A stretch of 63,172 bases of DNA, filler included, from Octopus bimaculoides (GCF_001194135.2; 6 parts of 6 records of this genome joined end to end with filler, not necessarily neighbours in it); one strand, 5' to 3'; counted from the whole stretch's first letter, positions 1-12,904 are shown. The notes: generated by a model from the letters alone, not told the origin. Made by a program: numbers and translations.

Positions 1-254
1 ATATATATATATATATATATATATATATACGATAATGGAGAGTCGAGATTTAATAATTATTATTTAAAAAATTGGTAATACATGCATACATACATGCACA
101 TATATATGCGTGTATATATTTATATGTACATATTGGTATGAATGTATGTGCATATGTATGTATCTAATTATAAGTGTATGTATGCATGTGTACTTCTATC
201 ACCCAAAATATCTGTCGCCATCACTCTCACTCTCACTCTCACACCATCTTTGTA

Positions 255-306
<52 letters not shown>

Positions 307-760
307 AACATATATATGCATGCACAAAAATATATATACATATGTATATTCATGTCCTTATCCATCCATCCATAAACACACACACACAAACATACACACA
401 CAATATATCCTAGAAGATGGTATGCCGCAGATTGCATCGATAACCAGCTGGATGAGACTCGTTAGGTTTAAAATTGGTAGTAAAACCGGCTCCTATACGA
501 GAGCCCTATTGATGTGCTGATAAACACTACTTCTCAGTATAGCTACTACTTTCATCTTCTGTAGAAATTTTCTAAGCTACTTTGCTTATAATATATATAT
601 ATATATATACATACATACAACATACATGCATACAACATACATGCACACAACATACATACACTCATGCATACCTGCATAGAGTTCTATATTTAAGAGATGA
701 GGAATTATGTACGTTATTTACATTATTTACGGATATTAGTCCTCATCTTGTCTTTTATTA

Positions 761-805
761 ACACAACATTTCGGCTGACATACACTCCAGCCTTCATCAG
801 GTGTC
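761..805 (-). ncRNA. Minimal (Penelope-type) hammerhead ribozyme motif, slightly decayed
   Basis: Minus strand: gacac CTGATGA a ggctg-gagtgtatgt-cagcc GAAA t GTT gtgt; stems I and II pair. Confidence 0.6.
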
Positions 806-836
806 TTGGAAAAATTTCGAACTTGGGTTCTCATTC

Positions 837-877
837 CTGATGAAAGCTAGAGGTTATATCAACCGAAACGTTGTGTT
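837..877 (+). ncRNA. Minimal hammerhead motif, decayed stem II
   Basis: CTGATGA aagcta-gaggttatat-caacc GAAAC GTT gtgtt; 5' strand of stem I lost at the internal junction. Confidence 0.45.
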
Positions 878-1029
878 AACAAACAAGATGAGGACGAATA
901 TCCGTCAAATGGAAATAACGTAAACAATGTACATAATTCCTCATCTCTTAAATATAGAACTGTACCAGCAATTTTGCCGAACACTCCTCGATTATATCAA
1001 ACCCTGTGCATGAATGGTAAATATTGCAG

Positions 1030-1345
1030 CGATATTGAAGTGATGAAAGATAAAATTGACCTCGGCGAGATATGTACCTAGGAAATAAAAAATGAACTGC
1101 GAGCAATTTATTCTGATACTCTAACGATTTTGCTGTTTGCTCGCACTTATATCATTTAGAATCAGGACAAGCAATTTTTAGGGGAATGGGTTTTGGGATA
1201 CGCTCGATGACAATACTTGATGTGTGCTTTATTCCATCGAGTCCGAACGGCAGGATAGGGTGCGAACGCGGAACACAAAGAGCTGGAAAAATACGGCAAG
1301 ACGTTTATTCATAACCTCTGAGCATTTTGCCAATTCGACATATTT
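1030..1345 (-). mobile_element. Highly diverged SINE family A fragments
   Basis: gatgaaagataaaattgacctcggcg and gcattttgccaattc match the reverse complement of the better copy at 14550-14766. Confidence 0.45.
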
Positions 1346-2394
1346 TTGTTCGAAGGAATTTTGTTCGACGAGGTGAAAGGATGGGAGAAAGAGGTGGAGT
1401 GTAATGGGTAGTTGAGCTGAGGGTAGGAGAGAGAGATAGTGAGTTGGAATACTGAATAGACTATATTTACGTATACGTGTGTGTGTGTGTGTGTGTGGAA
1501 GGAAGATGGAAGTGAAAGGGAAAGGAAGAGATTGAAAATGTGATGAAAAATGAGTGTGTCAAATATGGAAGAAAAGTTGATAGAAAAATGAAAATACGCT
1601 CTGTCGTAGTGGGAGGTAGAATGTTAGGATCTGTGGTCGTAGAAGTAGGAGGAGAAAGAACTATGGAATGGTAGTGAAGAGAATAATTGTGGAGGGGAAA
1701 AATGAGGAGGAGGTGGAACACAGAGGTAGATACAGAGAGGGTGATTGGTCGAAGGAAATGTTATGAGTAATAGGAAGAGAGACTGGAAGTTTCTTAGAAA
1801 GTAAGAGAGAGAGGGGGAGAGAGAGAGAGAGAGGGAGAGAGAGAGAGAGAGAGATGGATTGAGGTGTACAGTATGGGGGTCGAGAATGGGCGGGTATAAG
1901 AGAATTCAAGAGAATTCAAGAAAAATGACTGGAACATGAAATCTGTGATAAAGCTGGAGGTGGTAGGTGGGGAGCATTATATTAGGTGGAGCTAGCGAAC
2001 GTGCAGTATGAATGTACTGGGGTAGAAAACTGTAACAAGGAAGAGGTAAGGAGGTAGATCAATTAAGAGAGGTCAGAAAGTTTATGACAACAGAGGGGTG
2101 GGAGGAAGAGAAATGGGAGAGAAGTGTGGGGGAAAGTAAGAGCTAGTAAAATAATCTTAAAACAATAAGAAACGAGGAAGTAGGAGGAAAGATACTTCAA
2201 GGAAAGGAAAATTAATCATTTACGTTGCAGATGAAAATGAAAGAGAAATATGGAGAATAAAGAATAAGAGAAGAGAAAGCGAAAGAATATTAGGGAGTTG
2301 TAGGAGGAGGGGACCCAGTGGGACATGAATATGGGTGTGAGCGAAAACAAACAAAAAAAACTTGTAATATGATAATATATTGATTTCTTATATA

Positions 2395-2605
2395 AGCACA
2401 AGGGTAGATTTGCTATTAAGGGAATGAGCAACTGTCGATTATATCGATCTCGTTCTTGATTGGTATTGAGTGTTATTGATTTTGAAAAAGATTAAAGGGA
2501 ACATTAACCCCGGACTGATGTGAACTTACTGCGTAAATGAACCGGAAATACACCGCAAGGAAGTTTGTGTCAGATGCTTTAACAACTCTGCCAACACTAC
2601 GTCTT
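2395..2605 (-). mobile_element. Diverged SINE family A
   Basis: gtcgattatatcgatc...gatgctttaacaactctgcc resembles the reverse complement of 14550-14766. Confidence 0.45.
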
Positions 2606-2723
2606 GGGAATATGGTAATTATATTTAAAATATAAAGTGAAAGGAGAAAAATGATTCAAATCAACCAATGACATGGATGTAAATAAACAGAATTATATTT
2701 AATTGATAATAGATGAGTTGTTT

Positions 2724-2935
2724 GAAAGGCGGTGAGTTGGCAGAACCATTATGCACGCACGGCAAAAATGTTTCGCGGTTTTTCGTCTGTATTTACGTTC
2801 TGAGTTCAAAAACTGCCGAAGACCGCTTTGCTTTTCATTCTTTCGAACTCATTAAATTAAGTACCTTGAGTAATGAGCCACCTACCACGAAATGGCTGGT
2901 TTGTGCCAAAATTTGAAACCAATATTGAAACCAAC
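2724..2935 (+). mobile_element. SINE family A (tRNA-like head)
   Basis: aaaggcggtgagttggcagaa...gttctgagttcaaa...ttttcattctttcg; homologous to 14550-14766 and 30628-30840. Confidence 0.8.
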
Positions 2936-4159
2936 GTGCATAGCTGATAAGACTGACGACATATGCGTCCTAAATTAAGTCAATATCTTACTTACCAAAC
3001 TAAACAGCATACGCAAGACGAAACTAAGAAACAATAGATTCTCAGATATGTAATAGTGTTAGCTGAACAGAATCTGGTTCTTGGATGGAATGTAATATAA
3101 AGGACATTTTTTTGTACGGGGAGAGAAGAACAAATATTTGCTAAAGTTAAACTCGCGAAGGGCGGAGAGAGAGAGAGAGAGAGAGAGAGAACAACGAGAA
3201 CAGGAGCAAGAACAAATGAAGAGTAATGCATAATAGAGAATTTGGGGTGGGGTGAGGTGAGAAAAAGATGTGGAGCGTTAAGAAAAGTAGAAACATGGGA
3301 GGGAGAAAAGGAAGAATGAGAGAAAATGGCAAAAGACCAGCGTTTGAAGAATTAAATTGTTTTATGAAAGAGGCAAGTAGTGTCATGATTTTAGCTTTAG
3401 TTCTGCCAAAAAGGCTGGCTGATACGTGAGTGGAAGAATTTATCAAGGCTGTGAAGTGTGATGATAATTACCTGTTTATATCAATAAGAAAAATCAGTTG
3501 CTATAGACACCTATAGAAACTAATTTGCGTACCCTAAATTTCTAAGACTTTTTTTAAATATCAGCAGCCTCTCGCGGGGTATCGCTGTCGACACAATATC
3601 AAGTTATGATATAATGACATGTGTAACTGATGTATAAACGAATATGAGATGTACAATTAATAGAATTTATTCACTCTTATTCAGTAGGCCAACCTCAATG
3701 CAGGAGTCCACTTGACTGCAGTAAGCATTGTCCATTGAACAGAAATATTTCTATGGTGGAAGACGTACGCATATAAAGATCTGTTAGTCATACGTCATTC
3801 CTTAAAGTATATAAAAGAAGATCGGAGCAAAATAACGAAATATCTAATTAGGTCCTGACACTGAAAAGGGGCTGGTATTACATTCTGTGTAAACTGGAAA
3901 GATTTTCCAAAGATGAGTTCCATTCAGGACTAGAAATGAACAAATATCTGTCGATTGTCGTTAGCTGTGAGGTAACTCGTACTTCTGTTCCACAATAAAG
4001 TTTCTACTGTTTAAACACCACTGGAAGAACAGCCAATAAATGCTGACACTTTGTTAAACGTTGGCTTGAAACTTGGGGAAAGTATATCACTAATTCAATA
4101 AATATGTCAATTTATAAGTTATTTACCAAGCGCATTCCTATACACACATTGAATTCTTT

Positions 4160-4660
4160 CTCTCTGTTGTTGTTGTTCTTCTTTTTTCATATCCTTTTCC
4201 ATCTTCCAGTTTCTTCTTCGTCACCACCATCATCACCATCATCACCATCACCATTATTGTCATCAACATCGCCATCATCGTCATCACCATCATCGTCATC
4301 ACCATCATCATTACCATCAACATCATAATCATCATCATAACCATCATCATCATCATCACCATCTTCTTCTTCTTCTTCTTCCCCTTCGTCTTCTTCTTCT
4401 TTTTCTCCTCCTCCTCCTCCTCCTCCTTCTTCCTTTTCTTCTTTTTCTCCTCCTCCTCCTCCTCCTCCTCCTTCTTCTTCTTCTTCTTCTTCTTTTTCTT
4501 CTTCTTCTTCCTCTTCTTCTCCTCCTCCTCCTTCTTCTTCCATCTTCTTCTTCTTTTTCTTCTTCTCCTTCTTTTTCTTCTTCTTCTTCTTCTTCTTCTT
4601 CTTCTTCTTCTTCTTCTTCTTCTTCTTCTTCTTCTTCTTCTTCTTCTTTCTTCTCCGTCC
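4160..4660. repeat. Mosaic trinucleotide microsatellite (CAT/CTT/CCT)
   Basis: Direct inspection; source of the poly-K/R/E/D ORFs. Confidence 0.95.
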
Positions 4661-5543
4661 TTTACTTCTCTCCCCCTTCTCCTGCTTTCCATTCTCATTT
4701 CGTTGGTTTGGCAACGTCTTACTGTTTTCTTCCATTTCTTCTTCACCGTCACCACAAGCAAAATCATCCTTAAACTTTACATTCTACGAATTTCTTTGAT
4801 AAATGTTTATCTCGCTGCAAAACAGCATCAACCATAAATATGATATATAAATATGATATATAAACTCAACTTATATAACGAAGCACCAGAAACGTGAGAG
4901 TAACGCTGCACTCGTGTTTATTTCAGCCCAGATCTTAAAAGGAGTTTGGAAATTATCACAGTTCAGTTCATGGCTGTCTTCCTAGTTCTACTAATATGGT
5001 CATTTAATAAGTAAAATAATTATTGTTTACTAAATTATATCAAATATTCAGCCGATAGTTATTTGTAAAATGACAAGCCACTGGTGATATATTTTGAATT
5101 TGCAGAGGCATAAAAATGAGACGCTGGTTATTCAGACGACGAAATTGTCATCCATTTTTATCACAAAAATTTAGCAATTTAAATAAATGTATTTCTCCAC
5201 TGGAGAAATGGTATTTATATAGATGATGTTCTATTTGTTTAGAATGGAACCAGTATTTGGTATACAGAAGAATTATTATTGATTTCCATGTGGCCGCTGC
5301 AACCTCTGACCAATTGCCAAACATTGTTTATTATGCTGAGAAAATAACTCAGTATGTTTACTTCCTGAATCAGAATTAGTTAAAATTATTTCTCGTTAAA
5401 AACCTGTGACTTTTGCAATGCTTAGCTACGCTGTCCTATTCTTGTGCATCGCTGTGATAGATTACGCTCGGTTGTTTGCTTTAGTTTTTTTCGCCAAAAT
5501 ATCGTATATCAACATTTTCCTTGAGAGAAAGTAAACATGTTCA

Positions 5544-5681
5544 GACGTGGCTGTGTGGTAGGAAGGTTAATTCCCAACCACGTGGCTTCAGGTTCAATTC
5601 CACTACAGTGGCATCTTGGACAGGGGTCTTCTACTGTAGCCTCGGGCCGACCAAACCCTTGTGAGTGGATTTGGTAGACGG
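5544..5681 (+). mobile_element. SINE family B 5' half, followed by (GATA)n
   Basis: gtggctgtgtggta...ggttcaattccact...gtcttctactgtagcctcgggccgacc...gtgagtggatttggtagacgg; shared with 11753, 43315 and 53801. Confidence 0.85.
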
Positions 5682-5735
<54 letters not shown>

Positions 5736-6525
5736 TAGATATATATATTCAAACATGTATACATATAACATCAATGACCGCTACTTCCGAAATGAAAAGT
5801 AAGAAAAATGCCAAAGCGTTCAGTTCTTAATTACCAACAACTATTTCAACTTATTGCTTCTTTTACAACTATTACATTGGCTGTTGTTGTTCATGTTGCT
5901 TCTCTTGTTGCGTTTGTTTATCCTCAGGTCAGATGAGATGAGACTTTCTATCAATGACCGTCTCGTTGCGTGTGTTACGGGGCTCTCTTATGTTCCCATT
6001 AGTATTTCTGTTTCAGTTGTTGCGTTTTGCTTCCATTTTTGTTTTTTTCTATTACTTTCTTTCTGTTCTGATATCTGATATCTCTTTTGTGCTTTTAATA
6101 TGTGATATATCTAAATATATGTTTGCCTTGTTTATACAGATCTCTATCATCTCACCCATGAGATTGTCTGGTTCTCATTGATGTGTTTGCTTATATAAAA
6201 CTTGCGCCTGTAACTGCGTATAATTTCAATCTATTTTTGGTTATATTACTTTAAATCAAACTTATATTGTTTACTGTTCTTTGATCTCTTTCGTTTTCGC
6301 TTGATCGCTATGAATGTCAATATCTGACATATTTGATGGAGTAGACTCATTTTAAAGAACCCAAACACGTTTGTTATTTTTCATGCTCTCTCTGTTATTA
6401 TTGATGTTGTTATCGTTTCGGCTGTTCTTGTTGCCGTTTTATTTAACCCACGCCCAAATCTGATCGGGCAGACCTACTTCAACGTAATCCAGACGTGACG
6501 TTCCTGTCATTTTTTCCACAGAATT

Positions 6526-6555
6526 ACTGAGTTCTCATTTCTAATGTATTTTTCG

Positions 6556-6587
<32 letters not shown>

Positions 6588-6695
6588 ATTGTTATTATTA
6601 TTATTAGTATTATTATTATTCATGTCACTGCCTGGAATCGAACTCGGAATCTTGGTGTTAGTAGCCCGCGCTCTTAACCAGTACGCTATATGACC
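6526..6695 (-). mobile_element. tRNA-headed element (left arm of head-to-head dimer), 3' truncated
   Basis: Minus strand: A-box-like tagcgtactgg, B-box gagttcgattcc, (AAT/AAC)n, then aaaaatacattagaaatgagaac, matching the body at 7070-7095. Confidence 0.75.
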
Positions 6696-6697
6696 GT

Positions 6698-6918
6698 GGT
6701 ATATGGCGTACTGGTTNNNNNNNNNNNNNNNNNNNNNNNNNNNNNNNNNNNNNNNNNNNNNNNNNNNNNNNNNNNNNNNNNNNNNNNNNNNNNNNNNNNN
6801 NNNNNNNNNNNNNNNNNNNNNNNNNNNNNNNNNNNNNNNNNNNNNNNNNNNNNNNNNNNNNNNNNNNNNNNNNNNNNNNNNNNNNNNNNNNNNNNNNNNN
6901 NNNNNNNNNNNNNNNNNN

Positions 6919-6955
<37 letters not shown>

Positions 6956-7025
6956 TTGTCTCTTGAGGTCTCTGGGTGAGACTTGGATCCAACTTGTACA
7001 AATGCAAAACAAAAGTCAAACATAA

Positions 7026-7060
<35 letters not shown>

Positions 7061-7215
7061 CAACAACATCGAAAAATACATTAGGAATTAAAACCCAGGT
7101 TCGAAATTTCTCCCAAGACACCTGATAAAGCCTGGAGGGTATATCAGCCGAAACGTGTCAACACCAAATAAGATGAGGACAAATATCCGTCAAATGGAAA
7201 TAATGTAAATAATGA
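6698..7215 (+). mobile_element. tRNA-headed element with hammerhead-bearing tail (right arm), interrupted by a gap and an R4-like 3' tip
   Basis: Head ggtatatggcgtactggtt mirrors the left arm; tail 7070-7215 matches the arms of 680-961, including gacacCTGATAAagcctg...cagccGAAACGT at 7117-7156. Confidence 0.7.
6950..7030 (+). mobile_element. Probable 3' tip of an R4/Dong-like retrotransposon inside an (AAT)n tract
   Basis: Short unique segment gttgtctcttgaggtctctgggtgagacttgg...caaacataaa flanked on both sides by (AAT)n. Confidence 0.45.
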
Positions 7216-8225
7216 CCAATTTATATTAATAGATAGAGATAATTAAATTTAAAGTGAACAGAGCAAGCAATATGCAAATACGTGAAGAACAAAATAGCTT
7301 CAGAAGAAAATGAAATAAAACCCTTTGCTAGTTTTTTTTCACAATAGATAATTCTTTGATATCAGCCAAATACTAATGCGTTTTGGAATTACCAGATGTT
7401 CTGTCACTATAGAATTAGGTATGATATGAAAGACTGAAAAGAATATTGATATTATGAAAGCAGAAAGAATAAACATTTAATCCAATTTCTTAAAGTAAAG
7501 CAATGTTTTTCAAGAAAATCGCTTGTCTCAGAAACGGATTAGTTGCCTTACATTGTCGTCCGAGACTGCATGTAACTACATTTTCTATAACGAAGTCGAT
7601 ATTTTACCTCGTATACATGTTAGATTTGCAAACGTATTATCACAGAAGTCAATATGGCAGAATATTGATTTCAATATTGATTTCCAACAATCTACATATT
7701 CAGGAAACACATTTCTATCAAAAAGAATTGGAGATATTTTCTAAAGCTAAGGTTGATACAGGAAAACTATACAACAAAGCAATAACAGAGAAGGTAAGAT
7801 TCTATAAATCAAACAGAATAAAGAGAGATACATACGACAGTCTCCATATGTGTTATTTTAACACCGTCACTCAACAACTACACATTCTCTCTGACAGATC
7901 ATCCATCTACAGAAAGGGCCTGCCATTGGATTCCTTTTTATATTACCTGCCTGTATTTGCCGATGGCAGACACCTTGTTTCGCTTACAGGTAATAACATC
8001 AATAACTTCAGGAAGTGAGAGTACAGAAGAAATTGCAGAAGGACGTTGTTCTATAAAGAATAACATTTGAGCTTGTAACTAGCATTTGACATGGAGTGTT
8101 AGGCGCAACAAAGCTTCACAAGAAATGAAGAGATATGTGGATCTCGAATATCTGATTAGATTTGGCAAAAACGAGTCAACTCCAAAGAAGAGAAGCCGCT
8201 ATATCAGTGATAGAAATGAAAGAGG

Positions 8226-8306
<81 letters not shown>

Positions 8307-8689
8307 TGGTCAGCACAAGTGCTAAAAAGGCTGGAGCGTCTCTGTGAGTGATCAATATCCAATATTTCAATCGGATATACTCTCGATATGTTGTTTGTTC
8401 ATCGTGCACGTAGCACCGTACCAGAATACGTTACATTTCGCAACTCAAAGGAAAGCAAGATCGGTAACTCCATTGCTATAATGGATAAGGTAAAGGAAAA
8501 CAACGAGATTTGTTATAGAAGACATTTTAATGGCAAAATATATCAACAACTACACATTCTTTCTGAGAGATCATTCATCTACAGAAAGTTACGCCAACCT
8601 GTTGCTATAATAATGATAGTAGTAGTAGTAGTCTTAATCATAATCGTCTGTATTGAAAGCACAAGGTCTGAATCTTTGTGGAGAGAGAA

Positions 8690-8955
8690 CTAGTCGATGA
8701 CTTGGGCCCCAGCATTAAACTGGTACTTATTTGATCAACATCGAAAAGATGAAAGATAATAATAATGATTATTATTATTTCAATTTTTTTGCACTAGGGT
8801 AGCTTGGGGGATGTGAGGATGAGTTGACCCAAGTGTTCAACTGGTACTTATATTATCAACCCCTAAGGGATGATTGGCAAAGTCGACCGCAGCGGAATTT
8901 GAACTCAGAACGTAGCGACGGGCGAAATACTGCTAACGAGTCTGCAAACTCACCG
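8690..8955 (-). mobile_element. SINE family A, two partial copies
   Basis: aactggtacttat...aaagtcgaccgcagcggaatttgaactcagaacgta matches the reverse complement of family A. Confidence 0.7.
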
Positions 8956-8959
8956 CCAC

Positions 8960-9430
8960 GTGGTACGAGTACAATCCGAAGAGATTGGCAGAGTTGGAGA
9001 CTAGCAACATCCTCTGGGATTTCCCAATCCAAACAGATCAGGTGCTAGAGCATAACAGAGCGGACCTAGTGGTAGAGAACAAGTTTCACAATATATGCCA
9101 TATAGTTTATGTTGCATGCCCCTTTGTCCCACGAATAGACAAGAAAGAAGGTGAAAAGATAAATGGATATACCCCTCTTAAATACGAAATAGCCTGGCTA
9201 TGGAAAATGAAGAAGGTGAAGATAGTACCAATTATTGTTGGGTCGTTGGGAACAGTAGCAGAAGGCATCAAGAGGAATATAAAGGAAATTGGAATAGAGT
9301 GTCCAGTAGGACTGTTACAAAAGATTTGCGGCCTTACGCACTGGGGTTGATGTAATCGTCTTTATCCCCTTGTGGCAAAACTTTGAAACTATTATTATCA
9401 GCTGCACGTGTATCAAATTCAGGGACAGCA
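8960..9430 (+). mobile_element. R4/Dong-type non-LTR retrotransposon 3' fragment (restriction-like endonuclease)
   Basis: LWDFPIQTDQVLEHNRADLVV...ACPF...KEGEKINGYTPLKYEIAWLWKMKKVKIVPIIVGSLG is a degenerate REL motif set (PD..D/E..K), followed by 3' UTR and (GCA)/(GTA)n. Confidence 0.85.
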
Positions 9431-9444
9431 GCAACAGCAAAAAG

Positions 9445-9450
9445 ACTAGA

Positions 9451-9529
<79 letters not shown>

Positions 9530-9670
9530 ATTTATTTTCCAATTGCCTTCTTGCTCATGTCTCGAAGCCAAATGAAAATCTAATTCAATACGAAGAGTTC
9601 GTTCAAAGAAAAAAAGAATGCTGCTGCAACAACCACTACTGCTGCTACTACTATTACTACTACTACTACA

Positions 9671-9727
<57 letters not shown>

Positions 9728-10303
9728 GTACCACCACTCAAAAATGAACAATATACAAAAGTGTGGAGAATTTGAATCTTGTGGGTCTACTAATGCCTTC
9801 TCGTAACCATCACAACCTTCCCCCTCAGCTTCCTCGTCATCCTCATCATCGTCGTCGTCATCATTATCACTATCATCATAATCATCATCACCTTCGAAGT
9901 TGTCGACGTCCTCGACGTCATCGTCACCACCATGACGATGGTGGTGACGATGATCATCATCATCATAGGAACCACGTCGACACCTTCGCTCTCGTCATCG
10001 CCAATCACCACCACCACCACCACCACCACCGCCACCACCGCCAACACAACGATAATTATCTTCATCATCACTATCACCAGCAACAGCGTCACTTTTTTGC
10101 CAACACCACCGCCACCATCACCGACACCAACCTCATCATCATCATCATCATAACATGATCATCATCATCATCATCATCCTCATCATCATAACATGATCAT
10201 TGCAATCAGTGGCACCACCACCACCATCACAATCATCACCACCACCATCATCATCATCATCACCACCATCATCATCTTCATCATCATCATCATCATCATC
10301 ACC

Positions 10304-10365
<62 letters not shown>

Positions 10366-10366
10366 T
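9445..10366. repeat. Mosaic trinucleotide microsatellites (GCA/GTA/CTA/CAT/CAC)
   Basis: Direct inspection. Confidence 0.95.
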
Positions 10367-10844
10367 ATTGTACTGCTGATTTTTTACCCTCCAACGTTAG
10401 CAAATGTCTTCGTTTTTAACACCAGGGGAACTTCCAATGTAACACAGAATAGCAAACATTATGCAGAAGTTATTTTCCGGTTCCTCGAGCAAGTTTCTTC
10501 CACTTAGAGCTGAAATGTTCATTTTTCTTTTTCTTTTTTTTTTCCTTTCTTTTTTTCTTTTTTAACTATTTGAATAATTTTTCCGGCACCTTTTAACTTC
10601 AATCACATCCAACCAGTTTTGACGGCTGATTCAATAAACTATGTAAAAAGGACATATTTAATATTTCCAAACAAACGTTTCATATCAACTCAATCATGCT
10701 ATTTTGTCCGCCATATTTAGACAGACGGTTTTCTTTCGGTTAAACATGACTGATTAAGAAATGTACAACTTTAGAAGCCAGACATTTTTGTTTCGATTTT
10801 TCAATGGCGACTAAACTTTTTAATATATATTTGCAGGTGTATGT

Positions 10845-11045
10845 CCTTTTTCTTCTTCTTCTCCTTCTTCTTCTTCTTCTTCTTCTTCTTCTTTTCTTCT
10901 TCTTCTTCTTCTTCTTCTTCATCTCCGTCTTCTTCTCCTTCTTCTTCTTCTTCTTCTTCTTCTTCTTCTTCTTTTCTTCTTCTTTTTCTTCTTCTTCTTT
11001 ATAGTTTTTCTTCTCCGTCTCCTTCTACTTCTTGCGTCTTTGTTG

Positions 11046-11129
<84 letters not shown>

Positions 11130-11285
11130 TGCTTTTCTATTTCGTTTGTATCTTTCTTCCTCTTCTTCTCCTCCTCCTCGCCTTCCGCATACTCCTTCTC
11201 TTCTTTCTTCACTTCTCCTACTACAGTCCTGTTCTTCTCCTCTCTCTTCTTTTTCCTCCTCCACCTTTCCCTCCTTCCTCTTCTT
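10845..11285. repeat. (CTT)n/(CAT)n microsatellite mosaic
   Basis: Direct inspection. Confidence 0.95.
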
Positions 11286-11439
11286 CAGTTTACTTATTTG
11301 ACAACATAATAATATAATCCACAAGACTAACTGTTATAAGTAAACTTATATAAATAAAAACAAGTATATCAATGTAATATTTCCGAACAATCACCATGGC
11401 AACATTCATTACAGTTACATTAGTTTTAAAACTTCTTCG

Positions 11440-11640
11440 GTGTATTTCGTTCAGTCGTTAGACTGTGGCCATGCTGGGGCACCGCGTTGAGGAATTTTAG
11501 TCGAGGGAATTAACACCAGTGCATATTTTACTTTTAAGCTTGGGATTTCTATACGTCTCTTTTGCCGAACCATTAGCTTACAGGTACGAAAGCACCCCAA
11601 CACCGGTTCTCAAGCGCCTGTGGGGCACAAACGCAGACAC
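11440..11640 (-). mobile_element. SINE family B 3' half
   Basis: gactgtggccatgctggggcaccgc...tctcttttgccgaacc is the reverse complement of the tail at 54050-54200. Confidence 0.75.
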
Positions 11641-11752
11641 AAGGACTCATACATACATATCTATCTAACTATCTATCTATCTGTCATACCCCCTATCTGT
11701 ATAAAATTTGCTCTGTTTATAATTATACCACATGTTACATATTTATTTTATT

Positions 11753-11890
11753 GAGTGGCTGTGTGGTAAGTAGCCTGCTTACCAACCACATGGTCCGGGT
11801 TCAATCCCACTGCGTGGCACCTTGGGTAAAGTGTCTTCTACTGTAGCCTCCGGCCGACCAATGCCTTGTGAGTGGATTTGGTAGACGGAA

Positions 11891-11893
<3 letters not shown>
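11753..11893 (+). mobile_element. SINE family B 5' half
   Basis: gtggctgtgtggtaag...gggttcaatcccactgcgtggcaccttgggtaaagtgtcttctac. Confidence 0.85.
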
Positions 11894-11975
<82 letters not shown>

Positions 11976-12904
11976 ATGTATACAGCGGCGGACTAAACCA
12001 GACAAAATGAATGTTCGGAGACAATGAGACGTTACTATAATGCCGATGATAGGAAATTTACTGTCATCTCAATTATTGACCAGTTCAACTATACTTCTTA
12101 CATACAAACACACAAGTTGCATACATGTATGTGTGCGCCTGTGCTCTCACATAACAGCGAAATGCAGTTCTATCTGGATTAATAACTAAGATTTAATGTT
12201 AACCAATTCCTCTTGGAAATTAATTAAACCACCGATTCTGAATAAAGTATCTTTCTGCATATAAAAAATTAAATAAAATATCTAACAAGATTTTCGCATT
12301 AGTAAAACCGATAAAATTATAGGTTTATAGCTGATAAAATTGCCGTTATTAATGGCCTAAGCGTTAATGTTTGTCACAAAGCCGGGGGGAAATCTTGTAA
12401 TATAAATTGCAGTGCTGTGTACAGGGATGATTGGTTTATGTGAATTTCAGCCGATGAGATATTATCTACGGTTCTCGTCTCTCGCTTGGCACTACTTTCT
12501 GTTATCTATTTCAGTTTTGTCTTCAGATATTAGCTATTTAGCTTGGGGTGGCGGTAGAAATATTTAGTAATACAGTTCGTTAGGAATATCTTCGCAGAAT
12601 TCATTACGTTCTGATTTCACATCCCTCCGAAGTAACCGGTTGCTTTCTGTAGTCCTGTTTTGACGAAAACAAAACACACACACACACACACACACACACT
12701 TACATGCCTAGTCTGATTGATTATACTCTGCACCTCTATTCTTTGTCCAATAACTACTAGGAATCAGTAGACCGAATGGTAGTCTTCAAATGGTGCTTCC
12801 TGGTGAGTTTCAAGGTTCGTTGCAGTATTTTCAAAAACATAACTGAACTGTTGAGAAAATCCATTGAAATGCTTCATCGCCCTGGCCAAACACATCATTC
12901 ATAA

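Larger units (their letters stand above)
677..964. mobile_element. Fold-back non-autonomous element carrying two inverted hammerhead-like motifs
   Basis: Perfect 33-bp inverted repeat agttctatatttaagagatgaggaattatgtac (680-712 / 929-961), imperfect arms continuing inward, TA at both outer ends. Confidence 0.85.

Noticed and set aside
4104-4767. Long poly-K/R/E/D/S ORFs, and similar poly-residue ORFs at 9315-11324, 48419-50882 and 62136-62868
   Set aside because: Translations of microsatellites and N gaps.
5905-5939. MLLLLLRLFIL plus a phase-2 donor as the signal exon for the peptide
   Set aside because: Too short, 23 kb away, and part of a low-complexity T-rich tract.
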